The position numbers were made by a program, and so were the translations under genes. From a virus, in IMG/VR virus record IMGVR_UViG_3300025151_000019, positions 31,640 to 95,639 of that record: DNA of 64,000 nt. One strand, written 5' to 3'. Below the pieces are notes generated by a model. That model saw only the letters and a list, made by a program, of their open reading frames with translations. It was not told the DNA's origin and made no database searches. Shown here piece after piece: positions 48,412 to 58,273 of the stretch; position 1 is the first letter of the stretch; each line of letters opens with the position of its first letter.

Positions 48412-49032
48412 ATGCCAAAGAAAAACAACGAAAAGAAAGACCTGAGCATGGAAGATGAAGCATGGAACAGCCGTGTTGAAGATGTTGAAACATTTTTAGC
48501 ACACGCTGGAAACCAAGCGTTTCTTTCATCAGACGAAACGATTGAAGATGGTGTGGAATTAATCCGCATGAATATTCGTCGTGGAAACCGAAACCCTGCA
48601 AAGCGGAAGACATTTTGGAAGCAAATCCTTGATGAAGGCCGTGAGTGGAAAAAAGAACATGGCGCAGATGTGGAAATGGATTGGCCGACTTCTCAAGGAA
48701 AGCCATCAAATCTCCCTGTTCATGTTCAACAATCCACTACGGATATTTACAACATGACTTTTGATGCCGCCGTTGATTATTGGAACAATAACCAAATTGT
48801 TCAAATTACTGCAATTCGTTCGGGTCGCAACAAAGAAGAAGGTGGACAACCTTACGCTGATGCTGAAGAATACGCAAAGACTCGTGCTTTTGCTATGAAG
48901 CAACGCTTTGTGAAATTGTTCAATGATGGCCGATGGGATGGAAATTATTCCCTTGAAGAAGGCATGACAATTGCACTACCACCCGCAACAGAAAACGCAG
49001 AAGGTGAAGAAGATGTTTCTGACGATGCTTGA
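48412..49032 (+). CDS. Early-type acidic hypothetical protein (paralogue of 46408-46941)
   Basis: VELIRMNIRRG motif; GGTGA RBS; T-rich terminator-like region downstream. Confidence 0.7.
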   Translation: MPKKNNEKKDLSMEDEAWNSRVEDVETFLAHAGNQAFLSSDETIEDGVELIRMNIRRGNRNPAKRKTFWKQILDEGREWKKEHGADVEMDWPTSQGKPSNLPVHVQQSTTDIYNMTFDAAVDYWNNNQIVQITAIRSGRNKEEGGQPYADAEEYAKTRAFAMKQRFVKLFNDGRWDGNYSLEEGMTIALPPATENAEGEEDVSDDA

Positions 49033-49315
49033 GGAGGAAGATTGACTTAGGTCAATAATCCTCTGGTTTTGAGTTTTTTTCGCAGGGTTTTTCTATCAAA
49101 ACCGTAAGTATTTGTTCGTGTGCCTCCTCCGACCACAGAACAAACCCTGCACCTTTTTAAAAATTATTTTTTCTTTTTTTAATTTTTGATAAGGTATGCC
49201 TGCAAAGCGGCAACCATATGGATTGAAATAAAATTTTAGGTTGAAAGCCCCGAAGTGGGACATACCGTGAGCCGCCCAAAAAGCCCACGATATGCCCCGT
49301 TTCGGAGGTATGTGA

Positions 49316-49768
49316 TTACTCTATATCAAAAAATTCCTCGTCTAAGTCCATCTTTTCCAACAACGCAAAGCGAAGTATGTCGGTCATGGCTCGTTCACGG
49401 TTTGCTTGACGACGCAATTTGTTTAACTTGCCTTCAGCGTCATACATTTTACGCTCGGCTTGTGATTTTCCCATTCGGTCATTTTTTGCACCCTTCATCA
49501 TATCGTCAATTCCCTTCATCGTTTTATTCAGACGGTCAAACGAATCAGCAGGCAATTCAGCGAATACACGCTTGAAGCAATCAAAATTCATTGTTCGGCT
49601 CTCAGTTGGGCGACCCAAAAGAACAGACAACAGATAGACGAAGTTGGTGAACACATTGTTCATATTGCAATATGTCTGTCCCTTCTTCACCCCTGCGTAT
49701 TCACCCAATTGGATGATTTGTTCTTCGGTCAGGTTCTTGTTTTCTTGTGTATGGTCTTCTTCTTCCAT
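49316..49768 (-). CDS. Hypothetical coiled-coil protein
   Basis: AGGAGG RBS; CCATATGG element upstream. Confidence 0.6.
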   Translation of the reverse strand: MEEEDHTQENKNLTEEQIIQLGEYAGVKKGQTYCNMNNVFTNFVYLLSVLLGRPTESRTMNFDCFKRVFAELPADSFDRLNKTMKGIDDMMKGAKNDRMGKSQAERKMYDAEGKLNKLRRQANRERAMTDILRFALLEKMDLDEEFFDIE

Positions 49769-50022
49769 GTTCTATGCCTCCTTAGGCAATAAGATGTTTT
49801 ACAGAAATAAGATAAGGTTGTGACACAAAGTTACAACCATATGGTTCATGCGCCAGCATATTATGAACCATGCAGGGGTGAGCATTAATGTATTGCGATG
49901 ATGAGTGAGTTTTTATTAGTCATTCAATGCTACCATATGGTTCGCATAACGATACGAGCACTTTGTATTAGTGAGTGGGACAGAACCTTGTCTGCCCCTG
50001 ACGGATGATTATTCATCATCCA

Positions 50023-50292
50023 TCAGTATTCCACCCCCAACCGAACAATCTTGAATCCCTTGCGAGCGTTGAGAACATCATCCTGCATCTTGAGGAATTT
50101 CTCACGGTTCACCCCACGAACCGCCGAGGTCATTCGGACAGCATCATTCAATGCACGAATCACCAACATCTCAATGTGGCGGTCAATCACTTGACGGGCT
50201 TTTTCTTCGCTTCGGTAGGCAGTATGGGTGAAAAGCACCCATGCGTTTTCTTGGTTCTTCTTCATCACTATGAATTGGCTCATTTCATTCAC
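50023..50292 (-). CDS. Hypothetical protein
   Basis: GGTGA RBS; CCATATGG element upstream. Confidence 0.55.
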   Translation of the reverse strand: MNEMSQFIVMKKNQENAWVLFTHTAYRSEEKARQVIDRHIEMLVIRALNDAVRMTSAVRGVNREKFLKMQDDVLNARKGFKIVRLGVEY

Positions 50293-50578
50293 CGAAGTTA
50301 TGTTGTTCAGTATAGGTATAGGGTAAAATCACAAAGTTATTACCATATGGTTCTACTTTGGAGGTTCCCAATTTTTTTCTAATTAAAAATAAAACTTCAC
50401 ATGGTAGCATGGTCAAAAGCCATCATAGTGAAAATCGCCAATCTTGCAGACCCTAACACCATACAATTTACCGTTTTGTGGAAATCAATTTGCATTATAG
50501 TGTAATTTTGCGGCTAAGCCAGGAATACATAGGCTTATATCTGTAATAACCACCTACTACATACAAGGAGATACTAAA

Positions 50579-50947
50579 ATGGTCTTCAACTTTTACATAA
50601 ACAGCCAGCCAGACGAAAAACCTAACCCCACCCTTGAGGAAATTATGAAAAGATTAGAAATTCACTTCGCAGACTGGGAAGACTTCTATCAATATTATAT
50701 GAAGACGGCCAAACCTCCAGAAAGGAATGTCAAAAAAATACAGCAGTTATTTGGAGATTTGCGAAACGACTTTGTTGAGATTATCACTGAATATAATACT
50801 AAAATTAACAAATTTGCAGACATACAAGAAATAGATTCCCCCAATACAGATGAATTTGATGAGGCTGTTATTGATTATTTACAGAATGCTGCTAAACAAT
50901 CACCAAAGAAACCTAAAGATAATAAAGATAATCACATGTATGGCTAA
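50579..50947 (+). CDS. Hypothetical protein
   Basis: AGGAG RBS. Confidence 0.6.
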   Translation: MVFNFYINSQPDEKPNPTLEEIMKRLEIHFADWEDFYQYYMKTAKPPERNVKKIQQLFGDLRNDFVEIITEYNTKINKFADIQEIDSPNTDEFDEAVIDYLQNAAKQSPKKPKDNKDNHMYG

Positions 50948-51094
50948 TTTTTATTCTGGAAATAGAATTATATTATAAAAAAAATTTTTGCTGATGCCAA
51001 AAAAATTTGCGGGCATTTTTTGAAAAAGCCTTGGGTATATATTTATACCTAAGTTGCATAGTGTTAATATAGTAAAATAAATATGGTTTATAAC

Positions 51095-51439
51095 ATGGGC
51101 TGGTTTAACCTATTGAAGAGTCCCAAAGGGTATTATTCTTCTGATTCGGAAAAGAGATATAATTACCACTTTAGAAAAATGAAAGAATTTAAGGATGATT
51201 ACAAAGAGTATTGGTATAAGTCCGACAAATGGGGAATATCAATGAAAAGGGTCTATGGTGGAAAATATGAATTTCATAAAAAAATGGCTGAAAAGGCAAG
51301 TAAAGGATTAACGACTCTCTATGAACCTGAGAATGGTTATGAGGAATATGAATCTGAAGAATATAAAAATGCAGAAAAGACTCAGCATCTTGCCTTTGAC
51401 CCATTTAATTTAAAAGACGAGCCATATGTTGAAGGTTGA
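51095..51439 (+). CDS. W-x-x-ILK leader family protein 1 (MGWFNLLK)
   Basis: Shared N-terminal leader; TATA-like TATATTTATA at about 51037. Confidence 0.7.
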   Translation: MGWFNLLKSPKGYYSSDSEKRYNYHFRKMKEFKDDYKEYWYKSDKWGISMKRVYGGKYEFHKKMAEKASKGLTTLYEPENGYEEYESEEYKNAEKTQHLAFDPFNLKDEPYVEG

Positions 51440-51444
51440 TTATT

Positions 51445-51858
51445 ATGGGCTGGTTTGACTTATTGAAGCAGTTCACTTTAGAGCATAACAGGGAAAGATT
51501 GGCTCAATTAGAAAATCAGTTTAGAAATCCTAAAAAGGCAATTGGTTATTTACCTATTGTTTGGGCGGCAGGTATTGAGGATGAGGTTCGCAGTTTAGCA
51601 TCAAATTTAGATTTAGAGTATAAAATGTATGATGCTAAGGGTAGGCCAAGAAGAGAGGATGGTAATTCTTTTGGTAATGGTGGGCATTTTATGTGGAGGC
51701 CAGAAGATGTTGAGCAGGTCTTAGATAAAACGGAATTTCAAGATGTGCAAAGTTTAATTGATTTTATTGCATATAATTCCTATGTTAATAAGCCGTATAG
51801 AAGAGTTATTGATGGCTTATTTGGAACTCCTAATGTAGTCTTGGGGTGTGAAAGATGA
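51445..51858 (+). CDS. Leader family protein 2 (MGWFDLLK)
   Basis: Shared leader. Confidence 0.7.
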   Translation: MGWFDLLKQFTLEHNRERLAQLENQFRNPKKAIGYLPIVWAAGIEDEVRSLASNLDLEYKMYDAKGRPRREDGNSFGNGGHFMWRPEDVEQVLDKTEFQDVQSLIDFIAYNSYVNKPYRRVIDGLFGTPNVVLGCER

Positions 51859-52196
51859 GTTGGTTCGGTATATTGAAAATGTCCAAGTTTGAAAAGTTTG
51901 GGCAAGCCGCCGTTATTGATGGATTATTTTGGGACAGAATAAAATATACGGAAGATTTTCCTGAGGGTAGACCAGCAGATGAAGGTGATGGAAAAAAGGG
52001 ATATTATAGATTTTTTATTTATCAGGATGAAGTAGATTGGAAAACTAAAAAGGAAGAGCCTCCATTTATGGCACCAAGATTAAATGTGCCCTATGCTGAT
52101 ATATTTGTAAATAAAGAGGCAACCGATTTTAAATTTATTGCGGGTGATGAAGATTTTTACAATAGACTTAGAAATTTGTGGGATGGGGTAGAATGA
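51855..52196 (+). CDS. Leader family protein 3 (MSWFGILK)
   Basis: Shared leader. Confidence 0.7.
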   Translation: MSWFGILKMSKFEKFGQAAVIDGLFWDRIKYTEDFPEGRPADEGDGKKGYYRFFIYQDEVDWKTKKEEPPFMAPRLNVPYADIFVNKEATDFKFIAGDEDFYNRLRNLWDGVE

Positions 52197-52747
52197 GTTG
52201 GTTTGACTTATTAAAGAATATTCAAATCTCAAGTCAGAAGACTTCTTCTAAGGACTATGTGTTACCAGAAGAAGATGAAGAATGTAAAGAATGGTGGTTA
52301 AATCTGGAAGATATGTTAAATGCTCTTGCATCTAAACTTCACCCCGAAAATGGTGATAAAGCATTTTACTTTGACTTTGTTAGAAGTAAATCTGAAGATG
52401 AACTTTGTATTTTGAGAGATGATGTTACAAGAAGATGGAGTTTTTCATATTATTCAAAAGAAACATTATTGAGGAATGTATTTAGGTCTAATAAAAGTCA
52501 CTTTTGGATAAGTGCCTATGAAATAAGACCAGACTATACTTGCATAATATCTTTAAGCGTCAGTGGACCAGAAGACTATTATTCCGAAGAAATTTTATGG
52601 AAAGATTTAAACGAATACCCAGCCGATTACAGAACAGAGATTGATGCTATTGGTAAGCAATTAAAAACGGGAGGTCTATTACTATCATTTATGGACAAGA
52701 CTTCTGACATGGCGAGAGACATGGCGAGAGAGGAGGAAGAAAAATGA
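52193..52747 (+). CDS. Leader + NIQ-repeat family protein
   Basis: MSWFDLLK-NIQISSQKTSSKDYVLPEEDEEC. Confidence 0.75.
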   Translation: MSWFDLLKNIQISSQKTSSKDYVLPEEDEECKEWWLNLEDMLNALASKLHPENGDKAFYFDFVRSKSEDELCILRDDVTRRWSFSYYSKETLLRNVFRSNKSHFWISAYEIRPDYTCIISLSVSGPEDYYSEEILWKDLNEYPADYRTEIDAIGKQLKTGGLLLSFMDKTSDMARDMAREEEEK

Positions 52748-53247
52748 AGTGGCAGGAAATTTTAAAAAATATTCAAATTAGTAGTCAAAGGACTTCATCA
52801 AAGGACTATGTTAAGCCTGATGAAAAGGAAGATTGCTTTCAGTATTTTTACGATTTAGTTAAAATATTAGATAAGAAATTTGAACTAAAAAGAACGATAT
52901 TTCCTGAAGACTATTGGTGTGAGTTATTTAAACAAGAATGGGTAATAGATACTAGGGCAGATGATACTTGGGCATATTTGGGGGATAACCCTGAAAGCCG
53001 AACCGAACTTGAATATGATATTGTGATAATAATGAGTAAGGACAAATTTAGATTAGGGGACGCATATGTTGATATTATATTTGGAGATGTGGGGGAAGGT
53101 CGTGAATTTGTGGTTAAAACCCCTACTGAGGATAGTGGATTTTGGCTTCGTAACTACCACCCTGAAATGCCTAATTTAAAATATGAAACTTCTGATAGAA
53201 TAGGTTCTATTATTGATGAAGTTAATAGACATGTGAGGGGCAAATAA
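52744..53247 (+). CDS. Leader + NIQ-repeat family protein
   Basis: MKWQEILK-NIQISSQRTSSKDYVKPDEKEDC. Confidence 0.75.
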   Translation: MKWQEILKNIQISSQRTSSKDYVKPDEKEDCFQYFYDLVKILDKKFELKRTIFPEDYWCELFKQEWVIDTRADDTWAYLGDNPESRTELEYDIVIIMSKDKFRLGDAYVDIIFGDVGEGREFVVKTPTEDSGFWLRNYHPEMPNLKYETSDRIGSIIDEVNRHVRGK

Positions 53248-53864
53248 TGTGGCGAGATATTCTTAAAAATATACAGATTAGTGGACAGAGGACTTCCTCA
53301 AGAGATTATGTCCTACCTGATGAAGAAGACGATAGTTGTAAAGAAAGATTTTTTGAGATGATGGAGTTCATTGAAAATAATTGGGAAGGTTCGGTAGATA
53401 GTGATGATGAGGGTGTAGAAGAATGGCCTGAGGAGGTCTACTGTAAGGCTTTAGAATTTATCAATAAGCATACATTCCTATTTCACAATCCTATCCATGA
53501 AGGAAATCCTGAAACTAAATGGACTGACCTTTACAAATATGATAACGCCTTTTCCTTTTATGAGGACACGGGTTTTAAAAGTGATTATGAAGTGAATTTG
53601 GGAATGGGTTTTAAATTAAGATTAACTTATAGAATGGTGGCGTTAAGACCGAATGTAATTAATATTTTTTGTCAAGCAATTATGGGAAATATTAATTTTA
53701 TGTCCTTTGCATCATTTCAAATTTATGAAACATTTAATATTTCAGGTGATGAATTTTCGGCTTTGCTTAGTGAAGAACCGTATGATGATGGTGTGACCAT
53801 TGTTGGAATACCTAAGAATATTGACCCAAGTTATATCAAGAACAAGGATTGGAGGAATTTTTAA
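53247..53864 (+). CDS. Leader + NIQ-repeat family protein
   Basis: MWRDILK-NIQISGQRTSSRDYVLPDEEDDSC. Confidence 0.75.
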   Translation: MWRDILKNIQISGQRTSSRDYVLPDEEDDSCKERFFEMMEFIENNWEGSVDSDDEGVEEWPEEVYCKALEFINKHTFLFHNPIHEGNPETKWTDLYKYDNAFSFYEDTGFKSDYEVNLGMGFKLRLTYRMVALRPNVINIFCQAIMGNINFMSFASFQIYETFNISGDEFSALLSEEPYDDGVTIVGIPKNIDPSYIKNKDWRNF

Positions 53865-54457
53865 TGTGGCGTGATGTTCTCAAGAATATTCAAATTAGTT
53901 CTCAAAGAACGGGCAGCAAGAACTATGCAGAACCCGACGAAGAAGATGATTGTGTAAAAAGATTTTATGCAGTTATGGAAAAATTAAAAAATCTTCAAAT
54001 TGACGGCCTTGAAAAAGAGGAAACAGAATATGGGCAATTTTTCTTTTATGAAGATGGGAAAGAGTTTGAAGATTTTAAAAATATGGATATGCAAATTGCA
54101 GTTTATCCAGATGCTTTTGGTAATGTGCCCAATGAAATTTTTTGTCTTGCTATTGAGCAATATGAAAATACACCCATAGGAGGTCATAAATTTAAAAAAC
54201 ATGACACCTTTAGAATAATAACAGACAGAGGCAAAGTAGCATCAAGCACATCTAATTACATGACAAGTTATGATGAATTAGTATACTACATAATTATTGC
54301 TAAGGGAGACCATATTGATGATTCCCCTTATGAGGCAGCAAGTATTTTTGTCCGTATTAGAAAATATCGCAAAGGTAGGTATGGAGAAGATGGATTTGTA
54401 AATTTAGAGTTAGTTGATAAACTTAAAAATACAATAGATAAGGTGATGTTATTTTGA
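53864..54457 (+). CDS. Leader + NIQ-repeat family protein
   Basis: MWRDVLK-NIQISSQRTGSKNYAEPDEEDDC. Confidence 0.75.
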   Translation: MWRDVLKNIQISSQRTGSKNYAEPDEEDDCVKRFYAVMEKLKNLQIDGLEKEETEYGQFFFYEDGKEFEDFKNMDMQIAVYPDAFGNVPNEIFCLAIEQYENTPIGGHKFKKHDTFRIITDRGKVASSTSNYMTSYDELVYYIIIAKGDHIDDSPYEAASIFVRIRKYRKGRYGEDGFVNLELVDKLKNTIDKVMLF

Positions 54458-54993
54458 AGTGGGAAGACATTCTTAAAAATATCCAAATTGCTGGTCAAAG
54501 AACCAGCAGTAAGGATTATGTAAAACCTGATGAGCCTGACGAATGTTTAACGAAGTTATTGAATCTATCAGATGAGTATCTTAAACTACAAAGAGTGATT
54601 AATTGGAGATATTACTTAGACACATATTGGAATACAGGTGATTTAGCCGTAACACAGGGTTTTAAAGACCCTATCATGGAAGAAACTTGGCCGAGCAAAT
54701 ATGGAATTAGCGAAGATATTCTTTGTTGGTGGGTTGAGAATTTAAAATTACCAGACCATAAATTACCAACTAATAGAGAAGAAAATTATATAGGATTTGC
54801 CACCAAAAAAGACGGCGAAGATAGGGCTTGGTTTTATGCAGACTTTTTTGAATATAAAAGTAAAGGTAAAAAATGTGTAAGGGTTAAAGTTAGATTAATT
54901 TACAAAACAGCCACACATTTTTATTCCGTCTTTAATATTACAGGGCCATCCTACGAAGAGGTTAGAGATTTTATAGCGGAGGCGGTATCATGA
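54454..54993 (+). CDS. Leader + NIQ-repeat family protein (TTG start)
   Basis: MKWEDILK-NIQIAGQRTSSKDYVKPDEPDEC. Confidence 0.75.
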   Translation: MKWEDILKNIQIAGQRTSSKDYVKPDEPDECLTKLLNLSDEYLKLQRVINWRYYLDTYWNTGDLAVTQGFKDPIMEETWPSKYGISEDILCWWVENLKLPDHKLPTNREENYIGFATKKDGEDRAWFYADFFEYKSKGKKCVRVKVRLIYKTATHFYSVFNITGPSYEEVRDFIAEAVS

Positions 54994-55544
54994 AATGGTT
55001 TCAAATACTAAAGAACATACAAATTGGTAGTCAAAAAACAGGTAGTAAGAATTATGTTAAGCCCGATGAACCTGAAGAGGATTGCTTTGAATGGTTTAAA
55101 CAGTTATATTACCTAATGCAAGGTGAAGAGATTATTGAGCCAGATATGGATATACAACCTTTTAGGGAATACACTAATGAAAAATTATGGTGTCCATTGA
55201 AAAAAGGTATTAAATTTTCAAGAACGACAATGATGAGACAGCCTGGAGTTCAGACTTTGAATTTTAAATCAACAGTATTATTATCGGGAGAAAAGGTTAC
55301 ATTCACTTTATGGGTAGATGTTCCCGAACCAAGTTCAAGATTCGGAGATGATAACTCCTACAATATGTATTTTTCATTGGACTCTACTGCACGAGAAAGA
55401 ATTGATGTAGAATTTTTCCAAATGGCTCAAACAAGAAAACCAACAAAATATGATTTGTATGGTGGAACCCGCAGAATACAGTTTGAGAATTATAAGAAAA
55501 TTGCTGTCAAGGTCGTGAATTATATGAAGGAGGCGATGGGATGA
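54990..55544 (+). CDS. Leader + NIQ-repeat family protein
   Basis: MKWFQILK-NIQIGSQKTGSKNYVKPDEPEEDC. Confidence 0.75.
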   Translation: MKWFQILKNIQIGSQKTGSKNYVKPDEPEEDCFEWFKQLYYLMQGEEIIEPDMDIQPFREYTNEKLWCPLKKGIKFSRTTMMRQPGVQTLNFKSTVLLSGEKVTFTLWVDVPEPSSRFGDDNSYNMYFSLDSTARERIDVEFFQMAQTRKPTKYDLYGGTRRIQFENYKKIAVKVVNYMKEAMG

Positions 55545-57961
55545 ATTGGGAAGATATTTTGAAAAATATACAGATTAGTAGCCAAAGGACAGGAAGCCGT
55601 GAATATGTAAAGCCTGACGAAGATGAAGAAGTTCCAAATGTGGAACAGGAAGATGAAGATTGTCGTCAATGGTGGAAAGATTTAATGGATATGTGTGATA
55701 AACTATTAGATTATGTATCAGTTGCTAAATACAAAAGGTCGGGATATTTCAAAAATCCAGAATATATGGATAATGAACTATTATGTAAAGCAAAGGAAGT
55801 AATAATTGACCCATCAAAAGACCACAGACTTACGGGAAGATTTAGTTCTAAGCCAGATTGGTATAAATATGACTTTAGGGTAATAGCATTTGGTTCATTG
55901 CAAACATCTTTATCTTTTATTTTTAATACTAACGATGATAACACAATGAGGCCGCGACCTACTTTAACAATTAAGATGCTTATTGAAGGTGAACCAATTT
56001 ATGATAAGACTTCCTCTTTTAATTATGACCATCTCAGTTCGTGGATGGAAATTTCAACAGAGTATGTTATTGAAGAAATTAGTAGTCATATTGACACATC
56101 TAAATTGAGAGAATATATAGAAGAGGTTGATAGGTTATACATAGGATGGGCTAATTCACAAGATGAATTAAACAAGTCCACAATTCAAATTGGTTCACAA
56201 AAGACCTCAAGTAGAGATTATGTGAAGCCAGAAGAAGATGATGAAGATTGTTTTAAATGGTGGAATGGTCTATTTAAAATTATAAAAAGAATGATTTTAG
56301 AGGTGAATAGTGAGTATTCCTCCGACACTCTTGATAATATCAATTTTAAAAATTTAACTAATAAGTATTTATGCGAAAGAAAGGAAAAAATTCTTAAAAA
56401 TCCTCCTCAGTTTTATTTATTAGTAGCGGGATATTATAAATATATGAGTGAACCCGGAGACCCGCTTAATTTTTCTGCATCTGTTGATAAATTAACTCCC
56501 TCAATATTTTTTTATGTGAAATTACATGCACATGTAACTCCCATAAAAGAAGAAGTTTGGGTTCAACTTGAAGAAAATACAAAGGATATTAAGACCTATA
56601 CTCCAGCCGCAGCATTAGAATTAGTAAAGAAATTTCATACTGCTGAATTAGATTTAATGGATTATTTAAATATTGATGGTAACCCTTTAATGACAGCAGA
56701 ACTTATTGAAATTTATGACGATTACCTTAGAGAAACTTTTGATGTAAAGAAAAACATTCAAATTAGCGGACAAAGGACAAGTAGTAGGGACTATGTTAAA
56801 CCTGACGAAGATGATGAAGATTGTAGAGAATGGTGGAGAGAACTTCATAAAATTTTTAATAAAATGATTAGTGCTATTGATAGAAATGCTACACTTGTTA
56901 TTGATAATAAAGTTGAGAAAACGGACAACCAAATCTTATGCGAACTTAGAGATGCTATTCTTAAGATGGATGTAGAGCAAAATACAGCAGGCACATATGG
57001 AAGAAATTTTGTATATAGAAAGGAAGTCATTAAACCTTCTACTCGTGGTGATAAAGTTATCAATATGGGAAACGGAGGTTTAGGTATATATGGAAAAATG
57101 TTAGATACTAAACCCGGCCCTTATTCTGGCTCATACGCCACACGCTTAAACGATAAAATAAATTTCTATTCTTATTATGGCCCTGTGTTCAATCAAACTA
57201 CTTTATTTGATGCAAATGTTTCAATTTGGAACGATAGCATTCTATACGAATTAAACAGAATAAAGGAAAAAACAGGTGAAGGAAAATTGTATGCTTATAG
57301 TGTTGTTGAACCATTTTTGGAAGCAGAACTGGAACTTAAGAAACACATCAACGACCCCAACCCTGCACCATTTATTGCTTCAAAAATAATTGCTATTTAT
57401 GAAACCTACCTCAATTCGGATGTTAAGAAATCTATTACAGTTAGTTCCCAGAAAATATCAGGTAGGAACTATGTCAAACCAGAAGAACCAAATTGCTATG
57501 AGAAAGTTCAAAAAATTGCAGATAAAATTATGAAATTTACTTATCCTGATAAATTTAATATGGACAACCCAGTTAGGGAAAGTAAATATTCTAAATTCTA
57601 CATTAAGGATTATTATCAAGGAATGCCTGTTTCTGAAATAAATGAAAGTGACCGTTTATCTTTAGAAACACACTTTATTGAAAATTTAGATGAAGAAACT
57701 TGTTGTTTAATTTTAGAGACTATTGATAAATACAAAGGACAAAATTTTGTTGAAGCAGAAGTTTCCGCACCAATGGCTGATGGCGCAGAAAAGGGACTAT
57801 TTATTTATACTAAAGAAATTACTACCCAGACCTGTTGGATTCAGATATTTTTCTCGTCAGGGAAACATATCGCCGCCACATTATCTATAAAGTTAGACAT
57901 ACAAACATACATACACCCAAACACTATTATAGATATTGAAGACATATTTGAATCACGATAA
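55541..57961 (+). CDS. Four-unit polyprotein of the NIQ-repeat family
   Basis: Leader plus NIQ motif at the start and three internal copies at about 56170, 56745 and 57422. Confidence 0.8.
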   Translation: MNWEDILKNIQISSQRTGSREYVKPDEDEEVPNVEQEDEDCRQWWKDLMDMCDKLLDYVSVAKYKRSGYFKNPEYMDNELLCKAKEVIIDPSKDHRLTGRFSSKPDWYKYDFRVIAFGSLQTSLSFIFNTNDDNTMRPRPTLTIKMLIEGEPIYDKTSSFNYDHLSSWMEISTEYVIEEISSHIDTSKLREYIEEVDRLYIGWANSQDELNKSTIQIGSQKTSSRDYVKPEEDDEDCFKWWNGLFKIIKRMILEVNSEYSSDTLDNINFKNLTNKYLCERKEKILKNPPQFYLLVAGYYKYMSEPGDPLNFSASVDKLTPSIFFYVKLHAHVTPIKEEVWVQLEENTKDIKTYTPAAALELVKKFHTAELDLMDYLNIDGNPLMTAELIEIYDDYLRETFDVKKNIQISGQRTSSRDYVKPDEDDEDCREWWRELHKIFNKMISAIDRNATLVIDNKVEKTDNQILCELRDAILKMDVEQNTAGTYGRNFVYRKEVIKPSTRGDKVINMGNGGLGIYGKMLDTKPGPYSGSYATRLNDKINFYSYYGPVFNQTTLFDANVSIWNDSILYELNRIKEKTGEGKLYAYSVVEPFLEAELELKKHINDPNPAPFIASKIIAIYETYLNSDVKKSITVSSQKISGRNYVKPEEPNCYEKVQKIADKIMKFTYPDKFNMDNPVRESKYSKFYIKDYYQGMPVSEINESDRLSLETHFIENLDEETCCLILETIDKYKGQNFVEAEVSAPMADGAEKGLFIYTKEITTQTCWIQIFFSSGKHIAATLSIKLDIQTYIHPNTIIDIEDIFESR

Positions 57962-57999
57962 GATTATATAATAGTTAAATAAATAATGAGGTGAGCAAC

Positions 58000-58272
58000 A
58001 TGAGTTGGCGAGATATTTTAAAATCTAATTGCACCGAAAAAATGGGATGCCGTTGTGAAGAATGTGCAAAGAAAGCAGAACTTTCTCCTAAGCAAAAGAA
58101 AATCGCTGAAGCGGCAGAACCTAAAGATAAAATTACAGGTGAGGATTTTAAAGAACTAAAGAAGAAGGCTAAGGTCAAGTGTCCTAAGTGTAAGGGAAAG
58201 GGTTGCGACCATTGTAAAAATACAGGCTATCACGAAGTAAGAAGTAGAGGCGCATTTACGGACAGGGATTAA
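58000..58272 (+). CDS. Leader family protein: basic, Cys-rich
   Basis: MSWRDILK; LSPKQKKIA..KITGEDF; CPKCKGKGCDHC. Confidence 0.7.
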   Translation: MSWRDILKSNCTEKMGCRCEECAKKAELSPKQKKIAEAAEPKDKITGEDFKELKKKAKVKCPKCKGKGCDHCKNTGYHEVRSRGAFTDRD

Positions 58273-58273
58273 A

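Larger units (their letters stand above)
46257..50360. promoter_or_regulatory. Seven dispersed copies of a CCATATGG palindrome (extended CAAAG-N5/6-CCATATGG-TT-N3/6-CTTTG)
   Basis: Cores at 46257, 47001, 48314, 49214, 49837, 49933 and 50343, all intergenic. Confidence 0.8.

Noticed and set aside
49255-50382. Plus-strand ORFs 49255-49575, 49419-49637 and 50005-50382
   Set aside because: They are antisense to minus-strand genes that have clear RBS and upstream CCATATGG elements.
52706-52729. 12-bp tandem duplication GACATGGCGAGA x2
   Set aside because: A short in-frame slippage at a C-terminus with no evidence of function.
52193-57961. Regularly recurring repeats resembling a CRISPR array or a diversity-generating retroelement
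   Set aside because: The repeats are in-frame coding motifs with synonymous variation, spaced 500-700 bp apart; no reverse transcriptase or adenine-specific TR/VR pair was seen.
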